DNA of 64,000 nucleotides, from assembly GCA_963754875.1 (NCBI GenBank), contig CAVWHO010000007.1, forward strand, positions 128,001-192,000. Reading direction: 5' to 3'. Below are positions 1 to 9,729 of the stretch, piece by piece. Within the stretch, counting starts at the first letter, position 1. Each line of letters opens with the position of its first letter. This DNA is from Nitrospirota bacterium (GTDB lineage Bacteria; Nitrospirota; UBA9217). The translations under genes and the position numbers were made by a program. The notes under the pieces are model-generated. The model was not told where the DNA came from, ran no database searches, and saw only the letters and a program-made list of their open reading frames with translations.

Positions 1-376
1 TTCGCTCAAGGCGAACAAGCTCCGGATCGTGGAAGTGATGCTTGAATCCACGACGCGGCTCATCGCAAACAAGAAGGCCTGGGCCGACCCGTGGAGACGA
101 AAGAAGATCGAGAATATGGCGATGCTGCTCCAGGGCGCACTTGCTGCAGAGGAAAAGGTCGGCCTCAAAATGAACGCGCCCAAGGCGAACCTCAAAGAAA
201 TCTGCGGCCTGCTGCCGTCCATGCATGCTCCGACGATCTCGCATCAGACCGATCCTGCCTGGGTCAGCCTTGAAGTGATCCTGGATGAAAAGCTGTCCCG
301 CGATCTGATCCCGCGGCTCAAGCGTCGCGGCGCGTCGGGAATCGTCGAATACCCGTTGAATAAAGTGATTCCCTGA
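1..376 (+). CDS. hisG: ATP phosphoribosyltransferase, long form (C-terminal part; 5' end outside window)
   Basis: C-terminal regulatory domain ending ...[19 protein letters not shown]; directly upstream of hisC/B/H/A/F. Confidence 0.9.
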   Translation, partial: SLKANKLRIVEVMLESTTRLIANKKAWADPWRRKKIENMAMLLQGALAAEEKVGLKMNAPKANLKEICGLLPSMHAPTISHQTDPAWVSLEVILDEKLSRDLIPRLKRRGASGIVEYPLNKVIP

Positions 377-384
377 TCTGAAAA

Positions 385-408
385 GCGGCCGATGAGGCCG
401 CCTTTTTT
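385..408 (+). terminator. Intrinsic terminator after hisG
   Basis: GCGGCC-gatga-GGCCGC followed by cTTTTTT. Confidence 0.7.
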
Positions 409-464
409 GTCTGATATAGTTTGTCCTTGTGTGCGGATATCATTTCTTGTATAGTGACGTTGTC

Positions 465-1544
465 ATGAAATCTTCTTCAAAATCGAAAGACATTACATCG
501 CTGATCAAACCATCTGTACGCCGTCTCGAAGCCTACCTCGTCGATGAAACGCCGGTCCGCATAAAGCTCGACGCCATGGAAAATCCATTTTCCATGCCTC
601 CGGCCGTGCGTCGTGAAATTGCCGCTGTTGTGAAAAACACGCGGATCAACCTTTATCCCGATCCCTCGGCCAAAATTCTGAAGAAGGCGATTGCATCGTT
701 CTGGAAAATGAATCCCAAGCAAATGATCCTCGGCAACGGTTCGGACGAGCTGATCCAGGCGATCGTCCTTGCCTTTGGCGGACCAATACTTATTCCGTCG
801 CCGACATTCGCTATGTACGAGATCACATCCAGTGCGCTTGCGGAGGATGTTGTCTCCGTTCCGCTCGGCACGGAATTCGATCTCGATGCCGATTTGATGA
901 TTAAAAAGGCGAAATTAAGCAAAGCAAAAGTGATCTTCCTCGCCTGCCCGAACAACCCAACGGGAAACCGGTTTTCAGATGCTGCTGTCCGGAAAATACT
1001 GGACAAGGCGAATGCGGCAGTCGTGATCGACGAGGCGTACTTCAGTTTTTCCGGCAAGACCTATCTGCCCCTTGTGAAGAAGTATCCCAACATGATCATC
1101 CTTCGTACGCTTTCAAAAATCGGTTTTGCAGGCCTCCGGGTCGGCGTGCTGGTTGCGTCGGCAAGCATCGTGAATGAACTCAACAAACTTCGCCTGCCCT
1201 ACAACATCAACAGCCTTTCCCAGGCGGCCGCGGTAAGCGCGCTCAAGCACCGGAGTGTTCTCAATCATCAGATTTCCCTGTTGATTTCAGAACGAAAAAA
1301 GCTCTATAATGTTTTTTCTAAGCTGCCTGGCGTTACAGCCTATCCTTCGGAGACCAACTTCATCATGATCAGGACCGACGCTGACGCATCAGTTATACAT
1401 CGCAAACTGAAGCAGGCCGGCATCTTGATCAAGAATTTGAGCAAGCCCGGCTCGCTCAAGAACTGCCTGAGGGTCACGATCGGAACGCCGGAAGAAAATA
1501 AGGAGTTTCTGACCGCGCTGAACAAGATAGTAATAACACATTGA
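465..1544 (+). CDS. hisC: Histidinol-phosphate aminotransferase
   Basis: GNGSDELI, CPNNPTG, DEAY, RTLSK (PLP Lys) and LRVTIGT motifs; ATG at 465 preferred. Confidence 0.95.
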   Translation: MKSSSKSKDITSLIKPSVRRLEAYLVDETPVRIKLDAMENPFSMPPAVRREIAAVVKNTRINLYPDPSAKILKKAIASFWKMNPKQMILGNGSDELIQAIVLAFGGPILIPSPTFAMYEITSSALAEDVVSVPLGTEFDLDADLMIKKAKLSKAKVIFLACPNNPTGNRFSDAAVRKILDKANAAVVIDEAYFSFSGKTYLPLVKKYPNMIILRTLSKIGFAGLRVGVLVASASIVNELNKLRLPYNINSLSQAAAVSALKHRSVLNHQISLLISERKKLYNVFSKLPGVTAYPSETNFIMIRTDADASVIHRKLKQAGILIKNLSKPGSLKNCLRVTIGTPEENKEFLTALNKIVITH

Positions 1545-1614
1545 TTCCCGACGCATGATTCAGGTTGTATGAGAAAACCTTCATCCTGCATCTTGTATCC
1601 GATCAAGGAGTTTT

Positions 1615-2205
1615 ATGCCCCGCAAAGCTACGATCGATCGCAAGACCAAAGAAACCGACATCAAAATTTCCCTGCACCTTGACGGCACGGGACAGTACCG
1701 CATCAAGACCTCGGTGCCGTTCATGGACCATATGTTCTCGCACATCGCCAAACACGGTTTCTTCGACTTGGTGGTGAAGGCAAAGGGAGACACCGAGATA
1801 GACGATCATCATACCGTCGAAGACCTCGGCATCGCCTTCGGCCAGGCGCTCAAAAAAGCGCTCGGCGACAGCAAAGGCATTCGCCGCTACGGAGAAGCGA
1901 CCGTTCCGATGGACGAGACCCTTGCCCAGGTGGTCATGGACCTTTCCGGCAGACCTTTCCTTGTGTATCAGCTGGATTTACCAAAGAAGTACAAGCTCAA
2001 GGACTTCGATCCAGGACTTGCAGAGGACTTCTTCCGTTCTGTTTCCAACCACGCCGGCATGAACCTCCACATCCGCCTCCTGTACGGCCGCGACGTGCAC
2101 CACATGCTCGAAGGCATTTTCAAGGCTTTCGGCCGCGCTCTGGACCAGGCCACGAGCCTCGATCCCCGGATCAAAGGCGTGCTCTCGACCAAGGGAAAAA
2201 TCTAA
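1615..2205 (+). CDS. hisB: Imidazoleglycerol-phosphate dehydratase
   Basis: [31 protein letters not shown] and STKG motifs. Confidence 0.97.
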   Translation: MPRKATIDRKTKETDIKISLHLDGTGQYRIKTSVPFMDHMFSHIAKHGFFDLVVKAKGDTEIDDHHTVEDLGIAFGQALKKALGDSKGIRRYGEATVPMDETLAQVVMDLSGRPFLVYQLDLPKKYKLKDFDPGLAEDFFRSVSNHAGMNLHIRLLYGRDVHHMLEGIFKAFGRALDQATSLDPRIKGVLSTKGKI

Positions 2206-2216
2206 AAGGAAAATTC

Positions 2217-2312
2217 TCTCAGGGAGAAATGGGGAAAGAGGGAGAATGCGAGAAAACTTCTTGTCTTTTATTATTTTCCCCTTTCGCCTTTCAATTCTCC
2301 TTTTCTCCTGAG
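2217..2312. repeat. Dispersed bipartite purine/pyrimidine (about 9-mer) repeat element, copy 1
   Basis: Arms CAGGGAGAAATGGGGAAAG... and TTTTCCCCTTTCGCCTTTCAATTCTCCTTTTCTCCTGAG are shared with 39645-39742 and, inverted, 50096-50305. Confidence 0.7.
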
Positions 2313-2329
2313 TGATATAAGGCTTTGTT

Positions 2330-2969
2330 ATGATCGCGATTATCGATTATGGAATGGGAAACTTACGGAGCGTCCAGAAGGGCTTCGAACGCATGGGCCA
2401 CGAGGCCGTGGTCACGAACGATGCGAAAACGATCCTGAGCGCGTCCAAGGTCGTCTTGCCCGGTGTGGGCGCGTTTCCGGACTGTATGCGGAACCTCCGG
2501 GAGTACGGTCTTATCGACGTGGTGCACGAGAGCATCGACTCGGGTAAGCCTTTTCTCGGGATCTGCCTCGGACTCCAGCTGCTTTTTACGGAAAGCGAAG
2601 AGTTCGGGATCTCGAAAGGCCTCGACATCATCAAGGGCCGCGTGGTCCGGTTCAAGGGTCCCGCTTTCGAGACTCAAGACTTGAAACTCGAGACTCTTAA
2701 AGTCCCCCACATGGGCTGGAACTCCATATCAATCAAGCGCCGTGCGCCGGCCTTGCAGGACGTGCCGGACAACAGCAATGTCTACTTCGTGCATTCCTTC
2801 CACGTGGTGCCCGAGGACAAGAACGTAATTGCGACGACGACCTCCTACGGAATCGACTTCGTATCGAGCATCTGGAAGGACAACATCTTCGCGACCCAGT
2901 TCCATCCCGGAGAAGAGCCAGGCGCTGGGGCTGTCGATCTTGAAACGGTTTGGAGAACAGAAAGGATAG
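2330..2969 (+). CDS. hisH: Imidazole glycerol phosphate synthase glutaminase subunit (one extra base near 2906-2910)
   Basis: IDYGMGNLRSV, PGVG, GICLG and VPHMGWN; removing one base restores QFHPEKSQALGLSILKRF...TAG at 2967-2969. Confidence 0.93.
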
Positions 2970-3047
2970 AGGCAAGGGTCCAGTAGCAAGGGTCCGGGAA
3001 ACAAATGCTTACTTCTGATTCCTGACTACTGGCTACTGAGGATTCAC

Positions 3048-3794
3048 ATGTTAATCATTCCTGCAATCGACTTAAAAGAAGGCAAGTGCGTGCGCCTCGA
3101 ACAGGGGCTCATGGACAAGGCCACGGTCTATTCCGACGATCCGGCAACCACTGCTAAACACTGGGAGTCTCAGGGGGCCGAAATTCTGCACGTCGTTGAC
3201 CTGAATGGTGCCTTTGCAGGCGTGCCGAAGAACCTCGATGCGATCAAGGCTATCCGTGCTGCCATTAAGATCCCGATCGAGGTCGGCGGCGGCATCCGCG
3301 ACATGGCCACGATCGACAACCTCGTCTCTATCGGCATCGACCGGATCATCCTCGGCACAGCCGCGATCGAGAACCCGGCTTTTGTCCAGGAAGCCTGTGC
3401 AAAATTTCCGGGAAGGATCATCGTGGGAATCGACGCCAGGGACGGCATGGTCGCGATCAAAGGCTGGGCAGAAGTAACCAAAGTTAAGGCCGTTGATCTT
3501 GCGAAGCAGATGCAGGAATACGGCGTCATCGCCATCATCTACACGGACATCAAGCGGGACGGCATGCTTTCCGGTCCGAACATCGAAGCGACAAAAGCCC
3601 TCGCCGACGCGCTCCACATCCCGGTCATCGCCTCCGGCGGCGTCCATACGATGAAGGACATCGAAAACCTTCTCACCGTGCGATACTCCGGTGTCTCCGG
3701 CGTGATTACCGGAAAGGCCATTTACAGCGGATCGCTGAACCTGAAGGAAGCGATCACCTTCGTCAAGATGAATGACAACCGGTGTGTGAGATAG
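3048..3794 (+). CDS. hisA: ProFAR isomerase
   Basis: [32 protein letters not shown] and IASGG. Confidence 0.97.
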   Translation: MLIIPAIDLKEGKCVRLEQGLMDKATVYSDDPATTAKHWESQGAEILHVVDLNGAFAGVPKNLDAIKAIRAAIKIPIEVGGGIRDMATIDNLVSIGIDRIILGTAAIENPAFVQEACAKFPGRIIVGIDARDGMVAIKGWAEVTKVKAVDLAKQMQEYGVIAIIYTDIKRDGMLSGPNIEATKALADALHIPVIASGGVHTMKDIENLLTVRYSGVSGVITGKAIYSGSLNLKEAITFVKMNDNRCVR

Positions 3795-3869
3795 CGGCCA
3801 GCCGACCACTCCCTCTCCTTGAAGCGGAGGAAGATACTCATAGCAAATCATTCGGAGTAATTGCAAACC

Positions 3870-4727
3870 ATGTTAACCAAACGAATCATCCCCTGCCTCG
3901 ATGTGAAAGGCGGCCGCGTGGTGAAGGGCGTAAGCTTCGTGAACCTGCGCGATGCAGGCGATCCGGTCGAAATCGCAAAGGCCTATGACGAACAGGGCGC
4001 GGACGAGCTCACGTTCCTCGACATCACGGCCTCGCACGAAGAGCGTGGGATCATTTTAGACGTCGTTCGAAGGACGGCCGAACAGGTCTTCATGCCGCTC
4101 ACCGTGGGCGGCGGCATCAAGGTGCTGGACGATATCAGGAACCTCCTGCTCGCCGGAGCTGACAAGGTCTCGATCAACACGACAGCTGTCCACGATCCGG
4201 AGTTCATTAAGCATGCGTCTTTGCGCTTCGGCAGCCAATGCATCGTCGTCGCCATTGACGCAAAACGGGTAGTGGCACATGACAAGGACTTCAAACCACC
4301 GCTCACGTGGGCCGAAGACCCGAAGTATCGATCTCTTTTTCTTGCCAACTCGGAACTTAAAACTCAGAACTCAGAACTGCATTGGGAGGTCTACACCCAC
4401 GGCGGCAGAAAGCCCATGGGCATCGATGCTGTTGCCTGGGCAAAAAAAATGGAGGAGTACGGTGCTGGAGAAATTCTGCTTACGAGCATGAACCAGGACG
4501 GCCAGAAGACCGGCTACGACTTGGATTTGACCCGGGCTGTTGCTGAAGCAGTCACGATCCCGGTCATCGCCTCGGGCGGCGTGGGAAACCTGGAACATAT
4601 CTACGAAGGATTTAAGAAGGGCAAGGCCGACGCCGCCCTGGCAGCATCAATCTTTCATTTTAAGGAATATACGATCAGGCAAGCTAAGGAATATTTAAGA
4701 GCGCGCGGCGTGCCGGTAAGATTGTGA
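3870..4727 (+). CDS. hisF: Imidazole glycerol phosphate synthase cyclase subunit, with a loop insertion of about 30 aa
   Basis: [28 protein letters not shown] and AALAASIFH. Confidence 0.97.
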   Translation: MLTKRIIPCLDVKGGRVVKGVSFVNLRDAGDPVEIAKAYDEQGADELTFLDITASHEERGIILDVVRRTAEQVFMPLTVGGGIKVLDDIRNLLLAGADKVSINTTAVHDPEFIKHASLRFGSQCIVVAIDAKRVVAHDKDFKPPLTWAEDPKYRSLFLANSELKTQNSELHWEVYTHGGRKPMGIDAVAWAKKMEEYGAGEILLTSMNQDGQKTGYDLDLTRAVAEAVTIPVIASGGVGNLEHIYEGFKKGKADAALAASIFHFKEYTIRQAKEYLRARGVPVRL

Positions 4728-4800
4728 AGGGAAGCCTTCAGCGGCACCGTATATATATGCTGACTGCGCCGTTCTAACGAACGAAAGGAGACTTCATCCG

Positions 4801-5199
4801 ATGAAGAAAATATACGGCGGGATAATGCTGCTCCTTTTTGCTTTTGCTTCAGGCACCATGGCGATTCCGAAGCCCAAGCCCGAACCGGCTCCGGAAAAAA
4901 CGGTGGTGGAAAAAAAGGAGGAGATTTCCGGCGTTGCAAACAATACAGTAGTGGCAAAAAAGGAAACGTTTTCCGGCGTCATCGAAAAAGTCGATACCCG
5001 CAGGAATGCCGTTGTCGTCAGAGATATTTTGAAGAAAGAGAAGACGCTGACCTTTGTTGTCAGTAACAAAACAAAGATCAGAAAATCTGCAATCCCACTG
5101 CTCCTGAAGGACGTGAAGAGGGCCATGCAGGTCACTGTTGAGTATCTGGAAGAAAAGGACAGACTGAGCGCACTCTCGATCGAAGTGCACGGGCCTTAG
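4801..5199 (+). CDS. Exported basic protein, probably a small OB-like beta domain
   Basis: Signal peptide, Pro/Lys linker, FSGVIEKVD...LTFVVSNKTKI pattern; AAGGAG RBS. Confidence 0.6.
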   Translation: MKKIYGGIMLLLFAFASGTMAIPKPKPEPAPEKTVVEKKEEISGVANNTVVAKKETFSGVIEKVDTRRNAVVVRDILKKEKTLTFVVSNKTKIRKSAIPLLLKDVKRAMQVTVEYLEEKDRLSALSIEVHGP

Positions 5200-5284
5200 G
5201 CTGCCCGGCAGACAACGCTGCTCATAAGGTTCTGAGTAAGACCGGGCATGAACCTGTGCGGCCCTTTTCTTTTTCGCGCCAGCC

Positions 5285-5776
5285 CTACCACTTGTGAAGC
5301 GGGGGATACTCGGTAAGCGTCAGAGCGATAGCCTTTCCGCTTGTGTCAGTCACTACATCCACCGTATATATGATCCACTGTATTCCACCCCACGAAAAGG
5401 CCTGCGTCAGGCTGGATTTCGGTCTGTATACAACGACGGCCCAGTTTCCGTTCAGGGAGGCATCTCCACCCTGGTAGGCCCAGTACCCAGGAGGACAGTT
5501 GGTGCCGTCGACGTCGCCGAATGCGCCGGCATAATTAGAGACCGACGCGTCATTAAAGGGATTATGCGCAGTTATCGGCTGGCTGCTGGCGAGTTGTTTC
5601 ATGGAGTAAATGTTGAGGGCTGAAGAAAGGCTTTGTGCCTCGTACTCGAAGCTGGTCCGTTCGGCATCTTTGGACAGGGAAATAAAACGGGGGATTGCGA
5701 CGGCTCCCAGGACACTGATGACGGTAATTATCATCACCAATTCAAGGAGAGTGAACCCCTCCTGTTGCTTTTTCAT
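5285..5776 (-). CDS. Type IV pilin / pseudopilin-like protein (prepilin N-terminal cleavage-methylation motif)
   Basis: MKKQQEG|FTLLELVMIITVISVLGAVAIPRF (G|F...E5 class III signal); GGGGAG RBS. Confidence 0.85.
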   Translation of the reverse strand: MKKQQEGFTLLELVMIITVISVLGAVAIPRFISLSKDAERTSFEYEAQSLSSALNIYSMKQLASSQPITAHNPFNDASVSNYAGAFGDVDGTNCPPGYWAYQGGDASLNGNWAVVVYRPKSSLTQAFSWGGIQWIIYTVDVVTDTSGKAIALTLTEYPPLHKW

Positions 5777-5873
5777 GAGCCTGCTCCCCTGTAAGCTCTC
5801 CGCGTCATTGGTCCGTGCGCACCACACCTCGCTGTACTAACATCCCCCGTGTCTTGACGGAGGGTTCTTAACT

Positions 5874-5902
5874 ACTATATGAAAATCAAACCCTTCTGTC
5901 AA
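5874..5902 (-). promoter_or_regulatory. Sigma70-type promoter of the pilin-like gene
   Basis: Minus strand TTGACA-17 nt-TATAGT. Confidence 0.7.
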
Positions 5903-6191
5903 GCACAGGACAGCGGCAACTAAAGACCCGATGGTGAGGTTGATGCACCCAAGAACGACAAGGGGTGCACTCTTTTCAAAACAGGCGACGCCTTGAGCCC
6001 CCTACTAAAGGGTAGCGCGTTCGGCTCTTATGTGTGATGGGAAGGGTCAGCAAGAGATGTTGACGGGGGACAGATACAAATGAAATGATATCACACAGGG
6101 GAAAGCGCTCCGGTGGTCTGCCGACCTCATGGCGCGCGGCGAACATTTTTACGACGTCATAATTCGTTTCAATATTGTGCCGTCTTTTTCA

Positions 6192-7610
6192 TTACTCCCA
6201 ATCCAATAACCGCTTGTTTCCGGTGAGCTTCTGGATATGAGTGATGTCCTGGCTCACTTCAAGACAGCCGCGGTACTGTCCCGCCTGATCACGCACAGCA
6301 AAGTAGCGGATGTGGATCACCTTTCCCTGCATCTGGATCCAGAACTCGGCGACGTCTTTGGCCCCAGCCTTAAAGGACGAAAGTATCTTCTCCACCATGT
6401 CGACACTTTTGGGCGGATGGCAGTTCTGGACACGCCTCCCAATCACGCCCGGGCTCCGCGGGAAGATGCGCTCCGGCGTGGCAGAGTAGTAGACCACCTC
6501 GTCGTTTTCATTCACAAAAGAAATGTCGATCGGCAGATGCGTGAGCATTAGGTTCACCTGGTCCGCGGTAAGCAGCCCGTCGAGGTTCAGGCTGCCGATC
6601 TTGTCGGCGATATATGTCTGCTGGAACGATTCAGCGGACGGTTTCCACTGTGCTGCCGGCTTGATCCAGGCAAAACCGATCTCCTCTTCTCCTTTACTGA
6701 CCTTTGCCCACTCGTCCTCGGAAAGCGTTTCGAGGGCCATCGGGAAGAGGATGTGCTCTTCCTTATAGATCATGTCGTTGATCATCTTGGCCAAGGCCTC
6801 AATGGCCACTTTCTCCATTTTGCCGTCCTTCACGCGCTTGCGCACGTCCTTGATGAACCCGCGAATATCATCATGGAGGGCCCACATGACTTTCGATGGA
6901 CCGGAAACGCCCTTCGTCTCGAAGATCGGGAAAAGTTGATTTTCCTTGCGGAGAAAGTGTTTGTCGATCTGCACAAGGCGATCAAGAATGCCGAGGAGTT
7001 TGTCCTTGTCCTTGACGTAATCGGTGATAGTTTCCGCTTCTTTCAGGATTCCTTCACACGCCCGGTTCTCGAGCATAAGCGTATGGACCGGATGACCGGC
7101 AGGAAGACCGGGCACGGCCTTCTGCTCCAGCGCTTCCTTGAACACCTGTACGTGTACATCGCAGAGGCTCTTGATCTCTGCTTCAGGCATTCCTCCGGCA
7201 ATGAGCTGCTGTTCCATCTGGGCAATTTCCCAGGGCGCCACGTCCTTGATCAGTTCCTCAAACTTCTTCTTCTGCGTTTCCGCGTCCTTACCCGCATGCA
7301 GCTCTTTGATGATATTTTTCAGTGTATCGATCCGCACTTCCTGCTCATCGGGGCCGCCTTCTCCATACGAAACCGTGACTGATTCGCCGGTTTTCTTCTT
7401 GATTTCAGCGGCAAGGTCATCGAGGAGCTTTTTTACATCCATCCCGCCGATCATAGCCGCCTTGCCGAGGGATGCGAGCCGCCCCACGGTCTTTCTCATG
7501 AAAGGGTTGTCGAGCATCTTGAATTCGGGGTTTACCGTGATCAGGAAATCCTTGAGGAAAGGATAATGGGCTATAATGTCGTTCACTTTCGTCTTCGGGC
7601 TCAGTTCCAT
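6192..7610 (-). CDS. DUF438-type protein (DUF1858 + hemerythrin-like + PAS domains)
   Basis: LCDVH, GHPVHTLMLEN, HFLRKENQLFP, VMWALHDDIR, KEEHILFP; PAS IGRRVQNCHPP...EVSQDIT. Confidence 0.88.
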   Translation of the reverse strand: MELSPKTKVNDIIAHYPFLKDFLITVNPEFKMLDNPFMRKTVGRLASLGKAAMIGGMDVKKLLDDLAAEIKKKTGESVTVSYGEGGPDEQEVRIDTLKNIIKELHAGKDAETQKKKFEELIKDVAPWEIAQMEQQLIAGGMPEAEIKSLCDVHVQVFKEALEQKAVPGLPAGHPVHTLMLENRACEGILKEAETITDYVKDKDKLLGILDRLVQIDKHFLRKENQLFPIFETKGVSGPSKVMWALHDDIRGFIKDVRKRVKDGKMEKVAIEALAKMINDMIYKEEHILFPMALETLSEDEWAKVSKGEEEIGFAWIKPAAQWKPSAESFQQTYIADKIGSLNLDGLLTADQVNLMLTHLPIDISFVNENDEVVYYSATPERIFPRSPGVIGRRVQNCHPPKSVDMVEKILSSFKAGAKDVAEFWIQMQGKVIHIRYFAVRDQAGQYRGCLEVSQDITHIQKLTGNKRLLDWE

Positions 7611-7635
7611 GACATCCTCCTTTTTTATTGTATAG

Positions 7636-7677
7636 ATTATAGCACGCCGCTCAATTCACACGTATGACGTGGATCAT
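7636..7677 (-). promoter_or_regulatory. Crp/Fnr-type site centred at -41.5 plus extended -10
   Basis: ATGAC-GTGG-ATCAT at 7664-7677; TGcTATAAT -10 at 7641-7636. Confidence 0.65.
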
Positions 7678-7694
7678 GCTAACCGGTCTTTACC

Positions 7695-7742
7695 AAAAAA
7701 AGAGCCAGGAACATGCTTGCCGAAAGCATGCCCCTGGCTCTT
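7695..7742 (-). terminator. Intrinsic terminator after adk
   Basis: AAGAGCCAGG..CATGCTT / AAGCATG..CCTGGCTCTT stem with T7 on the minus strand. Confidence 0.75.
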
Positions 7743-7767
7743 CATAATAGTATTTGGCTTCGGTTGC

Positions 7768-8421
7768 TTACTTCTTCGCAGCAATCCCCTTCTTGATCGC
7801 ATTCACCACGCCGTCGCTTGATGCCTCTTTAATCGTGAGAAGCATGCCCTGCTTACCATAGTAGCCGATGAGCGGTGCAGTCTTTTCGTTATAGGTATCG
7901 AGCCGTTTGGAAATGGCCTCCACGGTCTCGTCCGCGCGCTGGATCGTCGGGCTGCCGCACTTCTTGCACTTGTCGCCCGGCGCCGGCGGATTGCTCTTGA
8001 TGTTGTAGATTTCCTGGCACGCGGTATTGGAGCAGGTCCTGCGGGTCGTCAACCGGTCGAGGATCACATCGCGCGGAACGTCGATGTTGGCCACAAGGTC
8101 GAGCTCGATGTTCAGCTTCGTGAGCATCTTGCCGAGCTCGTCCGCCTGGGGGATGGTCCGCGGGAACCCGTCGAGCAGGAACCCTTTCTGGCAATCCTTT
8201 TCCTGGAGCCGCTGCCCCATGATGCCCATGATGAGTGAGTCGGGGACCAGGTCGCCCCGGTCCATGTAGCCCTGCGCTTCCTTGCCGAGCGGCGTTCCTG
8301 CTTTTACTGCGCCCCGAAGAATGTCACCCGTCGAGATCTGGACCGAACCGTCCAGAGCCGTCAACAGTTTTGCCACCGTGCCCTTGCCTGCGCCCGGCGC
8401 GCCCAAAAGAATGATTCTCAT
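7768..8421 (-). CDS. adk: Adenylate kinase with Zn-binding LID
   Basis: GAPGAGKGT, STGDILR, DGFPRT; LID CSNTAC...CKKC. Confidence 0.97.
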   Translation of the reverse strand: MRIILLGAPGAGKGTVAKLLTALDGSVQISTGDILRGAVKAGTPLGKEAQGYMDRGDLVPDSLIMGIMGQRLQEKDCQKGFLLDGFPRTIPQADELGKMLTKLNIELDLVANIDVPRDVILDRLTTRRTCSNTACQEIYNIKSNPPAPGDKCKKCGSPTIQRADETVEAISKRLDTYNEKTAPLIGYYGKQGMLLTIKEASSDGVVNAIKKGIAAKK

Positions 8422-8584
8422 CGCTAAAAGCCTCCTTACAGGAAAAGTGAAATGTGTGTTTCAAAGCGGCCATTATCGTATGATCGGGGCGGAAAATCAA
8501 GGAAAATGTCTCACTGCAAATGGGGGCCATTCTTGACAGCTGCCACTGGAGAGTCAGGGAGCCGGCATGAAGCATGCGCCCGCA

Positions 8585-9592
8585 TCACAGGAGAGCGCCT
8601 GTTGCCTGCCCTCTTCTCTCGACAAGCGGTAAGGTGAGGGTGAAGGTACTTCCCTTTCCGTACATGCTCGTGGCCCATATCCGGCCGCCGTGGTATTCGA
8701 CGATCTGGCGAGCAATGGCGAGGCCCAGTCCAGATCCTTCGATCGTGTTCGTAAGCTGGTCTCCTGATCTCTGGAATTTATCGAATATCAGCTCCAGGTC
8801 CTGGGCCGGAATGCCTATTCCGGTGTCCGAGATCGCTACCACAATCTGCGCCGCAGGGACAGACTCTGCATGGGCCGCAATATGGATGGATCCTCCCGTT
8901 GGCGTAAACTTGAGTGCGTTGGAAATGATGTTCGTGACCACCTGGGCGAGACGGTCACGGTCACCCCGGAGGACCGGAAGGGGCGAATTAAACTTCGTTG
9001 TCAAATGGAGTCCCTTGTTTTCCAAGAGGGGCCGTATATACTCAAGAGACTGCAGAATAACATCCTCGATGGAAAGCTCTTCTAATCGCCACTTCATGGA
9101 ATCTGCTTCGATCCGGGCAAGGTCGAGGAGGTCCTCTATCAGGCGTGTAAGCCGGTCTGCTTCAAGATTAATCGTACGTGCGAGTTTCGCCCGCTGCTGA
9201 CCGTCCATTTCCGGCTTCATGAGGATCAGCTCGACGAACGCCTTGATGGTCGTGAGCGGAGTGCGAAGTTCATGGGAGACGACGGAAATGAAGTCCGATT
9301 TCATTTTGTCGATCTCCTGCAGTTTCCGGTTCATTTTTTGCAGCTGCTCGTTGCTCTTTTGCAGCCCCGTAATGTGTTTTACAAAATAAATGACGACCGA
9401 TGCTACGATCAAGGGAACGACCATGGCGTCAACAGCACCGATGATCAGCGTTTCCCGCGAAACGCCCCGCCACCACAGACGTCCCTGGACAGCACTCAGG
9501 AGAAATGTGATGAGTTCAGAGGAAACGATCGAGATCCAGACAAAGTGCCAGGGGTTTATTCGTTCCAGCTTTTCGATGGTCTTTGAAATCAT
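8585..9592 (-). CDS. Membrane sensor histidine kinase (2 TM, HisKA, HATPase_c)
   Basis: SHELRTPLT H-box, NIISNALKFT, DTGIGI, GLGLAI; no adjacent response regulator. Confidence 0.9.
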   Translation of the reverse strand: MISKTIEKLERINPWHFVWISIVSSELITFLLSAVQGRLWWRGVSRETLIIGAVDAMVVPLIVASVVIYFVKHITGLQKSNEQLQKMNRKLQEIDKMKSDFISVVSHELRTPLTTIKAFVELILMKPEMDGQQRAKLARTINLEADRLTRLIEDLLDLARIEADSMKWRLEELSIEDVILQSLEYIRPLLENKGLHLTTKFNSPLPVLRGDRDRLAQVVTNIISNALKFTPTGGSIHIAAHAESVPAAQIVVAISDTGIGIPAQDLELIFDKFQRSGDQLTNTIEGSGLGLAIARQIVEYHGGRIWATSMYGKGSTFTLTLPLVERRGQATGALL

Positions 9593-9729
9593 GCGTGGAC
9601 CCGCCCGTTACGCCTCACGAAATGTTTTCGTTGCCCGCTAAATATACCATAATGCCGTTGCCCTCCTCCAGAAAATTTTCCATTCGGGTTGAGTGACTTC
9701 GGAGCATGAAAACGGTCCTGGCACATTCG

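Noticed and set aside
8585..9592. Histidine kinase as the tenth gene of the riboswitch operon
   Set aside because: Separated by about 140 nt and functionally unlinked; co-transcription cannot be supported from sequence alone
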